This document shows positions 11,101-23,313 of a stretch of DNA of 64,000 nucleotides, one piece after another (the first letter of the stretch is position 1; every line of letters begins with the position of its first letter). The notes below the pieces were generated by a model, which was not told the DNA's origin, ran no database searches, and saw nothing but the letters and a program-made list of their open reading frames with translations. Origin of the DNA: Scenedesmus sp. PABB004 (Eukaryota); NCBI GenBank assembly GCA_014905635.1, contig JABVCE010000018.1, forward strand, positions 434,001 to 498,000, in the 5' to 3' direction. The translations under genes and the position numbers were made by a program.

Positions 11101-14100
11101 GGCGCCGGCGTCTGCGTGCAAGCAGCGCCCCGCCGCCAGGCCGGCGCACGGCGCCACGAGCCGTGCGCAGGCGTGCGGCTCGGCCGCGAGGCCCAGACGC
11201 TGCAGCAGCTGCACGTACGCGCCCGCCTGCCGGGCCGCGAGCCCCGCCGCGCCGCCGGGCGGCTCCGCCCCCGCCGCGGCGGCCAGCTGCGCCGCCGCCG
11301 CCGCCAGGCCCGGCTGCAGGAGCAGCTGCCGCCCCACGCCGTCGGGCTGCGCGGCCATCGCGGTCGCCGCGAGCGCCGCCGCCGCGGCCACCAGCACGGG
11401 CGGCAGCTGCACCCACGCCAGCAGGCACCCCGGCACCAGCTCCGCCCAGAGCTGCTCCAGCTGCAGCAGCGGGCCCAGGCCGAAGCAGTGCACCTTCCTC
11501 GCCGGCGCGGCGCCGTCAGCAGACTGCTCCTCCGCCTGCCCCGCCGGCGCGGGCAGCACCATCGCCGCCGCCAGGCCGCGCAGCGCCGCGGCGCGGACGC
11601 CGTGCGCCTCGCACGCGTCGCACGCCACGCGCGCGAGGCGGTTGGCGCAGTCTGGCCAGTGGTGCGTGACGAGCGCCTGCGTCGCGCCCGCGGCCGGCGC
11701 GAGCAGGTGCGGCACCAGGCCCAGCGCGAGGCGCCGCACCGCGGCCTCGCGGTCGCGCGCGAGGCGCGACAGCCAGAACGTGCCGCCGATCGCCGCCCAC
11801 GCCGGCGCCCAGGCCGCCGGCCGCACGAGGCGGCCCTCGACCAGCCCGCTCAGCGCCTCCAGCGCCGCGCGCACGAGCGCCTTGCCTCGGAAGCCCGGCA
11901 GCTGCTTGCCCGCCACGGGCATGAGCACGCGCGTGATCAGCGGCTCCACCGCCTCCAGCAGCGCCGCGGCCGCGTCCTCCTCCCGCTCGTCGCCAGCGCC
12001 GGCGCCGGCGGCGCCTGCTGCTGCTGGCAGCGCCGCGCGCAGCGCCGCGGCGTCCTGCAGCGCGCCGCCCAGCTCGCCCAGCAGCAGGCCGGCGAGCAGG
12101 CGGCAGGCGTAGTCAGCGTCGTCCGCCGCGCCCAGCAGGCGCGTGGCCAGCAGCCGCACGAGCGCGGCCGGCTGCAGCGCGCCCAGGCCGGCGCACGGGC
12201 GCTGCGTGCGCTGCGCCCTGACGGCGCGGACGAGCGCGAGCAGCACGCGCAGCGCCTGGCGGCTGACCCGCAGCGCGAGCAGGCCCTCGGGGCTCGACGC
12301 GGCCACGGCGGCGACGCCGGAGCTGGCGCCGCCGCCCAGCAGCTCCGCCACAGCCGCCGTCGCCGCCGCCGAGCTGGGCCGCCGCAGCGCGTCCCAGCCG
12401 CCGCTGCCCGCCGCCAGCGCGAGCGGCGGGCGCGGCACCGCGCGCGCCGCGGCGGGCTGCGCCAGCCAGGCGCTCACCGAGCGCTGCAGAAGCACCTGCA
12501 GGTGCGTGAGCTGCACCTGCGGCCGCGGCCACGGGCGGGCGGGCAGCGCAGGGCAAGCATGGCACAAGTCAGCACCGGCGCGTGGCGATGCGCCGCCGCG
12601 GCCGCAGCAGGCGGAGCGCGCGGCTGCGCCGAGCGCCACGCACCTCGCTCAGGGGCGCCGCCGCGAGCAACCGCTCAACCAGCCCCAGCAGCGCCAGCCA
12701 CAGCCGCTGGTCGTCGGCCGTCACGGGCGCAGCGCCCAGCAGCCGCTCGCACGCCGCGAGCCAGGCGGCTGGCGCCGCCGCCGGCGCGTCTGCCGCGCCC
12801 TCGCCGTCGCCGTCGCTCTCGGCCTCGCCGCCGGGGGCCGCGGCGATGGCCGCCAGCCCGGCCGCGCTGCTGCCGAGCTGCTCCAGCGAGCGCAGCGCGC
12901 GCTCCGCCTCGGCGTGGCTGCCGGCGCGGGCGAGCGCGGCCAGCAGGCGCCCCGCCACGGCTGCCGCGTCGACGTTGAACAGCTGGTTGGCGGTCGCGGA
13001 GCGCACGCGCGCGCTCACGTGCGCCAGCGCCGGCGGCAGCACGTCGCCGAGCAGCCGCCGCGCGCCGGCGGCGCTGCCGCCGCCCGCCTGCAGCAGCTGC
13101 TGCTGCTCCACCAGCTGCTGCACCCGCGCCGCCTGCTGCTGCGCGCGCTGCGCTGCGCCCGGCGGCGCGGCGGCGCCGCCGTCGCCGCCGCCGTCGCCGG
13201 GCGCCGCCGGCGGCGGCGCGAGCGGCACCGGGAGCACGCGGAAAGGGAACTTGAACCGCGCCAGGAAGGGCTCCGGCAGCAGCAGCCCGTCGGCGCCGGG
13301 CGGCAGCAGCGCGCGCCGCTCGCCCGCCGCCTGCTCTGCCTCGAGCTGCTCCGAGCCGCGCTCGCCGCCGGCCGCGGCGGCAGCCGCGGCGGCGCCGGCG
13401 GCCGCGTCCCAGCCGGCCCAGCGCTGCGCCGCCGCGCTGAAGAGCACCACCGCCAGCACGCGCGCCACCGCGCGCCGCACCGAGTGCAGCGAGTGCAGCG
13501 CCAGCGGCAGCAGCGGCACCAGCAGGCGGTGGGTGTCGCGCAGCACCCAGGCCAGCGCCCCGGGGCTGCGCGCGAGCAGGCCGGCCAGCAGCTGCAGCGC
13601 CGCCACGGGCAGGCCCATGTCAAAGATGCTCCCGCTCGGCGGCCCCGCGCCCACGCGCGCTCCGCGGCCGGGCGACGGCGCGCCGTCGTGCCTGCGGCGC
13701 GCGGGGACAGCGGCGGCGGGCCGTGAGGGGACGGGTGGCGCGCGCGTGGCTGCGCGCCCAGCCAGCCGCTGGGTGTCCGGCGCGCACCACGTGGGCACGG
13801 CGAGGCGCCACACGTCCTCGAGCGCCCCCGGCCCGTCCATGGCCCGCAACAGCTCCGGCCGCGCGCTCAGCGCCAGCAGCTCCTCCGCGGCGGCGCGGCG
13901 CAGCTCCTGCGCCAGGCCGTCGTTGCCCAGCACGCGCAGCAGGTTGGCCACGTCCTGGGACGAGTGCGGACGGGGGCGGCGGCCGGGGACTGGTTGGGCC
14001 GGGCGCAGCCGGGCCGAGCTGCGCGCGCCCGCGCCGGTCGGCCGCGCACGCAGGCGGCAGCGGCGGCCCCCGCGGCGCCGCACCTGGGGCGTGAAGTTGG

Positions 14101-17100
14101 CCGCCAGCGCGGGCGACGCGTCGGTCAGCGGGTCTGGCGGCAGGTGGGCCTGGCGGCCGCCGCGCGCCGCCGCCGCGGGCGCCTCCAGAAGGCCCCGGAA
14201 CGGGTCGTCTGCGGCGGCGCGCGCGGCACGCGTCGGCGGCGGCCCCCGCGCGGGCGGGCGGCGCACTCCCAGCGCCGCGTGCTGCGCCGCGTGCTGCGCC
14301 ACGCTGTGCTGCGCCGCACCCGCGTGCTCCAGCAGCTCCTCGTCGGGTCCCTCCGGGCCGTCGCCGCCGAGCAGCAGGTCCAGCAGCGCGCGGCCCGCGG
14401 CGCGGCGGGCGGCGGGCTCGGCGTTGAACAGGTCCTGCAGCAGCGGGACCGCGGGGCCCGACCAGAACGCCTCGCCCCCGAACTCGTCCAGCCCCTCGGC
14501 CGCACGCGCCGTCAGCGCGGCCGCGCAGTGCGCGTCGAGCGCCTGCGCCAGGCCGGGCGCGTCGCCCGCGCCGGCACCGCCGGACAATGCCGACGCGACC
14601 CAGGCGCGCCAGGGTGTGAGCGCCGCCGCGGCGGGCGGGCCGTCGCCGCGCAGGAGCGACAGCAGCAGCGCGGAGGCCCCCGGCCGCAGCGCGGGGCTGC
14701 CCAGCCCCTGCACCACGAGCGCCTCGGTGACGGCCGGCAGGAGCAGCAGCGCCCGCACGGGCTCCGCCTGCCGCCCGCCGGCCGCCGCCGCGCCGCCGAG
14801 CAGCGCCAGCAGCGCCTGCGGCACCTGCGCCTGCTCGTGCCCCAGCAGGCGCACGAGCAGCGAGTCCGCCTGGAGGCGCTCCAGCTGCGCGGGGCTCGCC
14901 GCGCCCGCCAGCGCGACGAGGCCGTGCAGCACGCACTGCAGCAGGCGCGCGTCGGACCGGGGGCCGACCCCAAGGCACGGCAGAGCCGCGTCCACGCGCG
15001 CGAGCCAGCGCGGCGCGGTCTCCAGCGGCTGCGCCTCCAGCTGCGCCAGCAGGCCGGCCGCCGCCTCGCCCGCCGCCGACGCGCCATGGACGCGCGCCGC
15101 CGCCGCGAGCGCCTCCAGCGCGGCGGGGCGCAGGCGCTGCAGCAGGCGCTCCGCGGCGGGGCGCAGCTCCGGCATCAGCAGCGCGACGGCCTCGTCGCAC
15201 GCCGCCGCCGCGGCCGCGTCAGCCAGCGAGGGCGGCACGACCGCGCTGCTGCACCAGGCCGCCGGCACGGCATTGATGAGCCTGTCGGGGCGGGGGCAGG
15301 GTCAGCAAGGACGGACAGCAGGGCTCTCTGCGCTGCGCGCCGCTGGCGCCGGCTCACCGCAGCGACAGCAGCAGCAGGTTGAGGCTCTGCGTGTCCCAGC
15401 AGCATGGCCCCGCGGCCGCGCCGGCGCCGCCCGCAACGACGGTGGACGCCGCCGGCGCGGCGTCCTCCAGGCCCGCCGCGGCCGCCAGCACAACTGAGGC
15501 GGCGTCGCCGGCCACGAGGCCGCCCGCCGCCGCCGCCGCAGCGCCGGGGCTGCCCGACAGCGCGGCCGCAAGCGCAGCCGCCCTGTCGCCGGCGGCAACT
15601 GCCGCGGCGGACGCGAGCGCGCGCCCCAGCGCCGCCAGCAGGCCGCGCCACACCGCCTGCAGCGCCGCCTCCGCCGCGGGCTGGCCGCCGCCGTCGCCGT
15701 TGCTGGCGCCGCCCTCCTCGAGCTCCGCCAGCGGCGCGACCAGCAGCGGCAGCGCCGCCTCCAGCAGCGGCAGCAGCTCGAAGTGGCGCTCGGGCTGGCT
15801 CAGCAGCTCCGCTGCCTGGCGGCGGCGTGGGCGGCGCGCGCGGGGGCGGCGTGAGCGGGCGGCATGAGTGGGTGGGCGGCGCGCGGTGCTCTGCTTGGCT
15901 CCTGCACGCGCACCCCCCGCGCGCACCTGCAGGCAGATGCTGATGACGGCTGCCGTCACGTCCACGCGCTGCGCCTCGTCGTCGCCGCAGGCCAGGCCAG
16001 CCCACGCCGCCTCGGGCCCCGCGTCCGGGAGCGGCAGCTGCGGGTAGGTGATGGGGCAGCTGGGGTCAAACATCGCGGCCCGCGCCGCCGCGAGCGCGGC
16101 CGCCGCGGCGCCGCCGCCCGGCGCGAGCCGCGCCGCGGCCAGCAGGCTGCCGGCGCCGCTGCTGCCGGGCCGCGCCACGCCGGGCGGGCGCCACGCCGCA
16201 AGAGCGCCGGCGGCCGCGTCGCCTCCGTCGCCGCCGGGCAGCATGCCCGCCGCCGCCGCGGCCGCCTCGCTGGCGCGCGCGTCGCCAAACTCGGAGCGCG
16301 CGAGCTCGGGGTGGGCGGCCAGCGCCAGCGAGTGCTTCAGCCCCACCAGCAGCTGCAGCAGCACGCCCGACGCCGCGCGCTGCACGTCGCGGCTGGCCCG
16401 CTTGCTCGCCAGCAGCGCCAGCACGTTTGTCTGCGGGCGCGGCGGCGGCCGGCGTCGCGCGCGCGTGGGCTGCGCTGGCGCCGCCCGCGGCGCTGCCGGT
16501 CGGCGCCCCGCGCCGCAGCCGCCGCGGCCGCGCGCGCGGCGCGCACCAGCACGCTCTGCCGCGCCAGCAGCGCCTCTGCCGGCATGTCCAGCGCCGCGGC
16601 ACCGCCGAGCTCCAGCAGCGCCGGCAGCAGCAGCCGCTCGTCGTCGCTGTACTGCAGCCGCACGTTGAGCTCAAACAGCGCCTGGTCGTCCGCCGCTGAC
16701 AGCGACACCAGCGGCAGCGTGAGGTGGCCCGCCGGCGGCGGCGCGTCGCCGGGGCCGGGGCAGGGCAGCGGCGGCGCGTCGCCGCCGACGCCCGCGTCAC
16801 CGCGCTGCGCCTCCTGCTGCCGCCAGTCGACGCGCGCCCGCGCCCGCAGCAGCCGCTCGTCAAACGGCGCCGCGCCGTCGCCGGCGGCGGTGCCGGCGCC
16901 GCCCGGGCCGCCGCCCCAGCTGCCGACGAGCGAGCTGCGCACGTCGGCGCCGGCAGCGGCCGCCGGCGCTGGCTGCCCGGCCGCCCAGAAGCCGGCGGCT
17001 GCTGCCGCGCCGGCTCCGGCGCCTCGCCAGCCGCCTGGCGAGCCAGTCGAAGCCACAGACGCGCGCAGCCCGGCTGCCGACGCCACGGAGCCGCGCAGCC

Positions 17101-18037
17101 CGGCGGCCGCGCCCGGCCGCGGCGACTGCGCCGACGACCAGGCGGCCGACCCCGGGCGCGTCCCGGCCGCGCCTGGCTGCGGGCGGGCCATCGCCGGGTG
17201 CGTGGGGCCCGCGTCGCCGCGGGCGCGCGCGCGCGCGCCTGCTGCCGCCGCGGCGCCGGCCTCGGGCGCCGGCGCGAGCAGCGCGTCCACCAGCGCCTCC
17301 ACGGACGGCAGCAGCTCGTCGGGCCACACGCCAGGCGTGATGAACACGCGCGGCTGCTGCGCGGGCGGCGTGCCGTCGCCGGCGGCGCCGCCGCCCGCTG
17401 CCGCGGCCGCGGCCGCGCTGCGGCCCGTGAACGCGTGCAGCTGCTGCAGCGCGCCCAGCTCCAGCAGCGCCGTCGCCAGGCGCGGCTCGGCGGCGGCAAG
17501 CTTGCGGAGGAGCAGCAGCGCGACTGCGCTCGTCTGCATGCCGTCGCCCAAGCTCAGCAGGCCTGCGCGGCGCGGGCGGGCGCGGGCGGCGTGAGCGGCT
17601 GCCGCCGCCCGCGGCGCCCGCCAGCCGCGGCGCGCGCGGCAACTCACTGAGCAGGCCCCGGAGCACGCGCCGGTCCTGCGGGGACGAGGGGCGCGGCGCT
17701 GCCGCGTGAGGCGCCGCGGCCGCAGCGGCGGCGCGCCCACTGCTGGCGCGGCGAGCCCCCGCACCGGCCCCCTCTGATCCTCAGGCAGCTGCCCAGCTCG
17801 CACGCCCGCTGCCGGGCCCCTGCCATGCGCGGCGGCGCACCTGCAGCAGCTCCGCCGCGCCGACGAGCCCGTACTTCCATTTGAAGTCCAGGCTCTCCAG
17901 TGCGCGCGCCCTCACCTCGGGAGAGGCACTCCCTGAGCGCATGCGGGCGGGGCGGGTCAGCCGGGCCCCCCAGCGGCGAGGAGGGCCCTGGGGAGCTGGT
18001 GATGCTGCGCACCGAGCTTGTCGGCGATGTACTCCAT
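8104..18037 (-). CDS. RTTN: Rotatin (centriole/basal body ARM-repeat protein), multi-exon
   Basis: N-terminus MEYIADKL|GSASPEVRARALESLDFKWKYGLV resembles the rotatin N-terminus. C-terminus has LLALRNLAF and ALWALMWQGERVKAALRK. About 10 kb of Leu/Ala-rich helical coding sequence. Confidence 0.75.
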
Positions 18038-18437
18038 GGTTCGCCTTTTCCCTGCGCGATCTGGGTCAACCTGCCGCTTCCGTCATCGCGCCGCACCCCC
18101 GCGTGCCCGAGCGCGGCACTGGCGCGGCAGCAGCAGGGGCAACAACAGGCGCCGGGGGGAGCGCACCTGGGGTCCGTGCGGGAGGAGGAGCTCACTCACG
18201 CGCTCCGGGCACCGTGAATGAGCTAAGAATTCAAACCCAGCCGCCGCCGCGTGACGGACGGACGCGCCGCGCGGCGTGACGTTGACCGACGCGCAGCCAG
18301 CACCCCCTCGCCTCCCAGGGCGCGCCTCCTGCCCTCAGGCAGCACCTCCATGTCCACACAGCCCTGATCGCACAGCGGGGCACGTGCGCCACCGCCGGCC
18401 GGCCGGGGCCTGCCGCCGCTGGTGCGCGCGCGCCGCA

Positions 18438-20808
18438 ATGGCGCCTGCAGCCAGCGCCAGCGCGCCCGCAGCAGCGCCCGGGCGCCAGGGCCGGGTCTGG
18501 GGCATGCTGCTCGCGGCGCGGCTGTCGATCATATCTCTGGTCAATGCACGGTTCCTGAAGTTCCGCTGGGCCCTTCTGCTGGCCGTGCTCGTCGGCGTGC
18601 TCACGCTCGGCGGCGTCGCGGTCATCGCGTGGCTGCTGGTCACTCACTGCGACAACGTCTGCGCGTCGGTGCCGCTCGCGCTGGTGCCGCGCGCGCCGGC
18701 GGGCCTCGCGTCGCGGTCGTGCGTCGGCTTCAAGACGCGCGCGCTCAGCATCTCGCCGGCGCCGCGCGACGCGAGCCGCGCGCTCTACACAGACACGCTC
18801 GGCGACACGACCGACAGCCGCCCCGACCCCGTGTGGGACGCCTTCTCCTGTTCCTCCCCCTCCGCGACGCTCGGCAAGTGCAGCTTCCAGCACAGCGCCG
18901 CGTGCGGCTTGCAGGAGTGGCTCGCCACCTTCCAGGCGCGCGGTCGCAGGGCCAGCTGCCGATCGGCAGCTGGCCTGGTCGCGACCAGGCCTCGGGGCGG
19001 CAGCCTCCGAGGGCCTCGCCTGGCTGCCGCGCAGCCAGCTGAGCTCACGCCGCGCGCGCGCGCCGCACGCGCGCAGGGCCTGGCGGCGCTGGCGGCCGTC
19101 GCGGGCGGCAGCGCCAACGTCGCGACCGCGGACTGGCCGAACGCGGCGGGCTTCTACACCTTTGCCGGCGACCTGGAGGCGCAGACGGCGGCCGTGATGG
19201 CCGCCGCTCACGGCAGCAGGCGCTTGACGCGGGCCGGCACGCAGCGGCTGCTCGCAGCTGGGGGCAACGTCACCCTGGGCGGCGAGGCCGCCACGCTGTT
19301 TGTGGCGCCGCCGTGGGCAGCCTGCTGCGACGTCACGACCGCTGGCACCAAGCTAGGCAGCTTCGCGGGGCGCAACAGCCGGTTCGTGGTGCAGCTCGCT
19401 GGGCGGCGCGGGCTGAGCCTGGAGACCGAGATGTGCACCACCACGGCCAGCAGCAGCAACACCACGGGGCGCTGCAGCTGGACCGAGCTCAGCGCGGGTG
19501 TGGCGCTGCCTGGCGGGCTGCCGCGCGGTGGCTTGCCGCTGCCGTCAGCCGCCGCACCCGGCGCCTGGCCGCACAGCGCGCGCGCCGCCGCCTGCGCGCG
19601 ACCGCAGCGCTGGTGCTGCCGCCGGTCGAATGGGTGAACCAGGAGCTGTGCGGGCCCTTTTCCTACTACTCAGCGGCGGGCGGCTTCAAGGCGCGCCGCC
19701 GCCCAGCCAGCCCGCGGCAGCACCGCACCGTGCCGCCGCGCCGCTCCGGCCGCGCGCGCGCGGCCGAGCGCCGCCGCCGTCGCTGCCGGCGCAGGTGCCG
19801 GTCGGCATGAGCGCCTCGGTCTGCCAGTTCCTGGGCGTGCGCGCCGCCCCCGGCGGCAACGCGACCGCGCCGCCCGCGCCGTACCAGATCTGCCTCAACG
19901 GCAGCATGCCAGACATCCTGGTGAGCGCCACCGGCCACGCGCCGCGCGCTGCGCGCTGCGCCTGGCATCGTGGGTCAATGCCATCTAGACTGACCGAGCG
20001 CAGCCGCCCGGACCGCCCTGGCCGCCGCGCGCCCACCCGCGCCCGCCCGCCTGCAGGTGCCGCTGGCGCCGTTCTTTGACCTCACGGGGGCCTGCCCGAC
20101 GCTGGCCAGCCCCAACGCGACCGCCGTCGCGCGCGCGCGGCCGCTCGCCGAGCAGCAGCTGGCGGCCACACTGACGCTGCTGCCGCTCGCACACGAGTTT
20201 GGCATGGCGGTGTCGGCCTTCCTGAGCCAGGCGTACGTGGACGTCGAGGCCGCGGCACAGGTGGGGGCGGCGGCGGTCGGCGGGCGGCTGACCGCCCGCC
20301 GGTCAGCGTCCAACCGCGCCGGTCTGCGGCAAACCACAAACCACAGCGCGTCACGCAGGGGCGCGACGCGATGAAGGGCGACCTCGAGGCCGCATCGTGG
20401 TGGCTGGAGAACCAGCTTTTCTGCTGCGACCGGACCTGCCCCTCCTGGCTGAGCAGCGTCGGCTCGGCGCTCGGCTACACCACGTATGTCGAGGGCGGCG
20501 TGGCGTTGGTGGTTCTGCTGGTTTACCTAACCCTCCTCTCCCCGGAGCGCCGGCGGCTGCGCAATGGGCTGCGCGGCGTGGCGGGCATCGCATTCCAGTC
20601 CTCCGCGCCGCCGTCCGAGGCCGGCGGCCGGCCGGCGGGCACCACCGCGGTGGTGCCGCTGGGCGCGGCCGAGCTCTCGTGCGACGGCGCGGGTGCTGGT
20701 TCTCGGGCCGGGTCGGAGGCCGGTGCCAAGCCGTCGTCTGCCAGGGTCTCCGGCCGGGGCCTGGCGCGGCTGCCCGGCTCGGCAGTGGTCCGGGCGTGGG
20801 CCGAGTGA
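18438..20808 (+). CDS. Uncharacterised membrane protein: two TM segments flanking a Cys-rich, N-glycosylatable loop (5 introns)
   Basis: TM1 WALLLAVLVGVLTLGGVAVIAWLLV; TM2 region SVGSALGYTTYVEGGVALVVLLVYLTLL; many Cys and NxS/T sequons; splice junctions join in frame. Confidence 0.7.
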
Positions 20809-20975
20809 CCGCGGGGCTTGTTACATGGTCGAGCGTGGGCCGGGCAGCCAGGGCGCGGTGGGGTGGGTGCGGGTGCGGCGGGACGGCGGCGTGCAGCGCG
20901 GCGGGGCGGGGCGCGCATGTGGGCAGCAGCACAGAGCGCCCTGACAACTGTTTAAACCTGCGCAGCCAGCGGCTG

Positions 20976-21088
20976 GCAGCAACGTCACGGGCGCGCAGCA
21001 CACGCTGCGGCAACTCAGGGACAGGCTGCCAAAACCCAGCGCAAGCACACAGCAGCAGTGCCGCGCCCTCGATCGAGCACCCCCGCCG
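20976..21088. repeat. Dispersed repeat, copy 1 (in BTB gene 3' flank)
   Basis: 30-nt and 20-nt perfect blocks shared with 63891-63999. Confidence 0.85.
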
Positions 21089-21112
21089 CGCGCCCCCAGA
21101 TCGCATCGCAGC

Positions 21113-22735
21113 TCACAGCACGCGCGTCACCACGGCGCGGCACGCCAGGCCGCCGTCGGCGTGCAGCAGGCCCGCGCCCCGCAGCGCCGCCTCTGCGTCC
21201 GCCCAGCTCGTGATGTGGCCGAGGCTGAACATGCTCGGATAGCCCCAGCTGCTTGATGTGCTGCTGAAACCAAAGTTGCAAGGCCCCTTCACCACGTCGA
21301 CGTGCTGGCCACCCGGCGCATCGAAGTCCTGGCCACCCGGCGCCACTCGCAGGCTCAGCGAGCTCGTCTCGGCGCTGACGACGGCCCCCTCGGGCAAGTC
21401 GGCGACAGACAGGTAGAGGCCCAGGTTGGTGAATGGCAGCCAATCCTCCTCCTCGACGCGAGCCTTTGAGACGCTCACGCGGAGGGACAGCGGCACGCCC
21501 GACCACGCGCGGGCGCGGCTGTGATCGCTGTAGGCTGGCTCGCGCCCCTGCTGCAGGTACTGCTCCACCAGCGCGCGCAGCGCGGCCGCACTGACGCACC
21601 AGTCCAGCGTGAGCTACTTCGTGGACGCCGGGCGCGCCGGCGCGCTCCAGGCGGGAAAGCTGGGCAGGCCAGGCAGCTTGGTGATCGCGGCGAAGTGGGT
21701 TGCTGCTGGCGCGCCGCGGCTGCACAGCGCGGCCGCAGCCATGAGCTCGCCGGGCTTGAAGCCCGCCTGGAACAGGTCGCTCTGGCTCGCGACGCTGCAA
21801 AAGAACAGCTGGGTGACGTGGCGCATGCGCACCAGCGCCACCAGCTCCTTGGCCAGCGCCGCCTGCAGCGGCTCGGCCTGGCGCTCTGCCCACTTGATGA
21901 TGGTGTAGCACACCGTGTTCTCGCTCGCCACGCGCGTGCGCTCGTCCGCCAGCAGCCGCTTCAGCGCGCCGTGCGGCAGGGCCAGCAGTGCCTGCTGCCT
22001 GACGCTGCTCTTGCCCTCGCCCCACACCAGCTCCAGGTCGCCCAGCTCTGCCTGCACCTTGTCCGCCGTGGCATTGAAGATGCTGCGCAGCGCCGGCAGC
22101 TCTGCGCAGCCCAACGGCAGCGCGTGCACCGCCGCCACGGTGCGCCAAGCCAGCTGCTTCAGTGGCACCGCTGCCAGCGCGTCGCCCGCCGCCGCTGTCA
22201 CCTTGGCGACCTCATAGCGGTCCGCCAGCACCAGCAGCTGCAGCAGCCGCTCCTGCTCGGCGCCCGCCAGCGTGCTGGCCGGCTCCGCCGCGTACGCGGC
22301 CTGCAGCAGGAGGCGCCCCACCTCGAGCTGCCCACGCGGCACCGCGAGCTCCAGGCTGTGCTGCTGCTTGCCAGCCCCAGCAGATGCGCTGGCAGTCGTG
22401 CTCTTGCGCGCCGGCTCAGCGTCGCTCCAGTTCTCCAGCTGCGCGCGGGCGCATGCCGGGGCAGAGCGAGCGTCAGCGGTCGCGCGGCGTGCTGCACCGT
22501 GCGGCGCCAGGGCGCGCCAGCCATTTGTGCCCACCAGCCGGGGCCCCCGCCACACCTTGGCCTCGAAGACGGGCGACAGGACGGCCAGGAGCATCGAGTG
22601 CCCCGGCAGCACGAGCTCCTTGAGCTGCGGCTCGCCGTCGCCGTCACCGTCGCCGGGCTCCTCCACCAGACGAATCTTGCAATCGCTGAACGTCTGGGAG
22701 CCGAAGTAGCGGCTGCAGTCGGCCCCGGCGGCCAT
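21113..22735 (-). pseudogene. BTB/POZ-BACK-like protein with C-terminal beta-sandwich (MATH-like) domain, interrupted by in-frame TAG at 21614-21616 (pseudogene or read-through)
   Basis: FSDCKIRL...LPGHSMLLAVLSPVFEAK, LLVLADRYEV, LLADERTRVASENTV. ORFs 21614..22801 and 21113..21568 are in the same frame and separated by one TAG. Confidence 0.7.
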
Positions 22736-23313
22736 GGCGGCGCGGCGACGCACGGCGGGCAGGCGCGCCCGTCTCGCTGCGGTGAGGCCGCGAGGCAGCA
22801 AGGCACGGTCGGCCGCGTTCGGTACCGCTCTCTCGTATCACGTTCTCGGGGACGCGCCCAGCGGCGAGGCGACCGCGCCGCAGCAGCTCCCTGGAGCGCT
22901 CGGAGCGACCGGCAGCAGCGGCGCAGCCAGCGGCGCGGGGCGGCGCGAGCGGCGGCCGCGGCGGTTGCGGCTGGGCTCCGGTGAGTGTCTGGTGAGTGGG
23001 AGCGGCGCCCGGCCAGCGGCACACGCCCTGAAGCCTGCTGCTTGGACCGCGCCGCTGTGCCGCCACGGCGGCGTCGCGCCGTCGCGCTCCTCAGCACCCG
23101 CCCGCCTCCAGCCCAATGCGTCTCCGCCCCAGACCGGCCCGAGCACCCCGCCAACGCGCCGCATCGCCCTCGAGCGGCAGCCGCGGCGCCCAGCAGCCGC
23201 TCGGCGGCATCTCCCGGCCCCGCCCCCGCGCGCCCCGGCGTCGCGGAGCCCCGCTCGGCGGCAGATCCCGATCCCGATCCCGATCCCGATCCCATCCCAA
23301 TCACCGACACGCC

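Noticed and set aside
21614..21616. Nuclear TAG codon reassignment
   Set aside because: Beta-tubulin (45351-45353) ends at TAG at its normal C-terminus, and no other in-frame TAG was noticed in the conserved exons.
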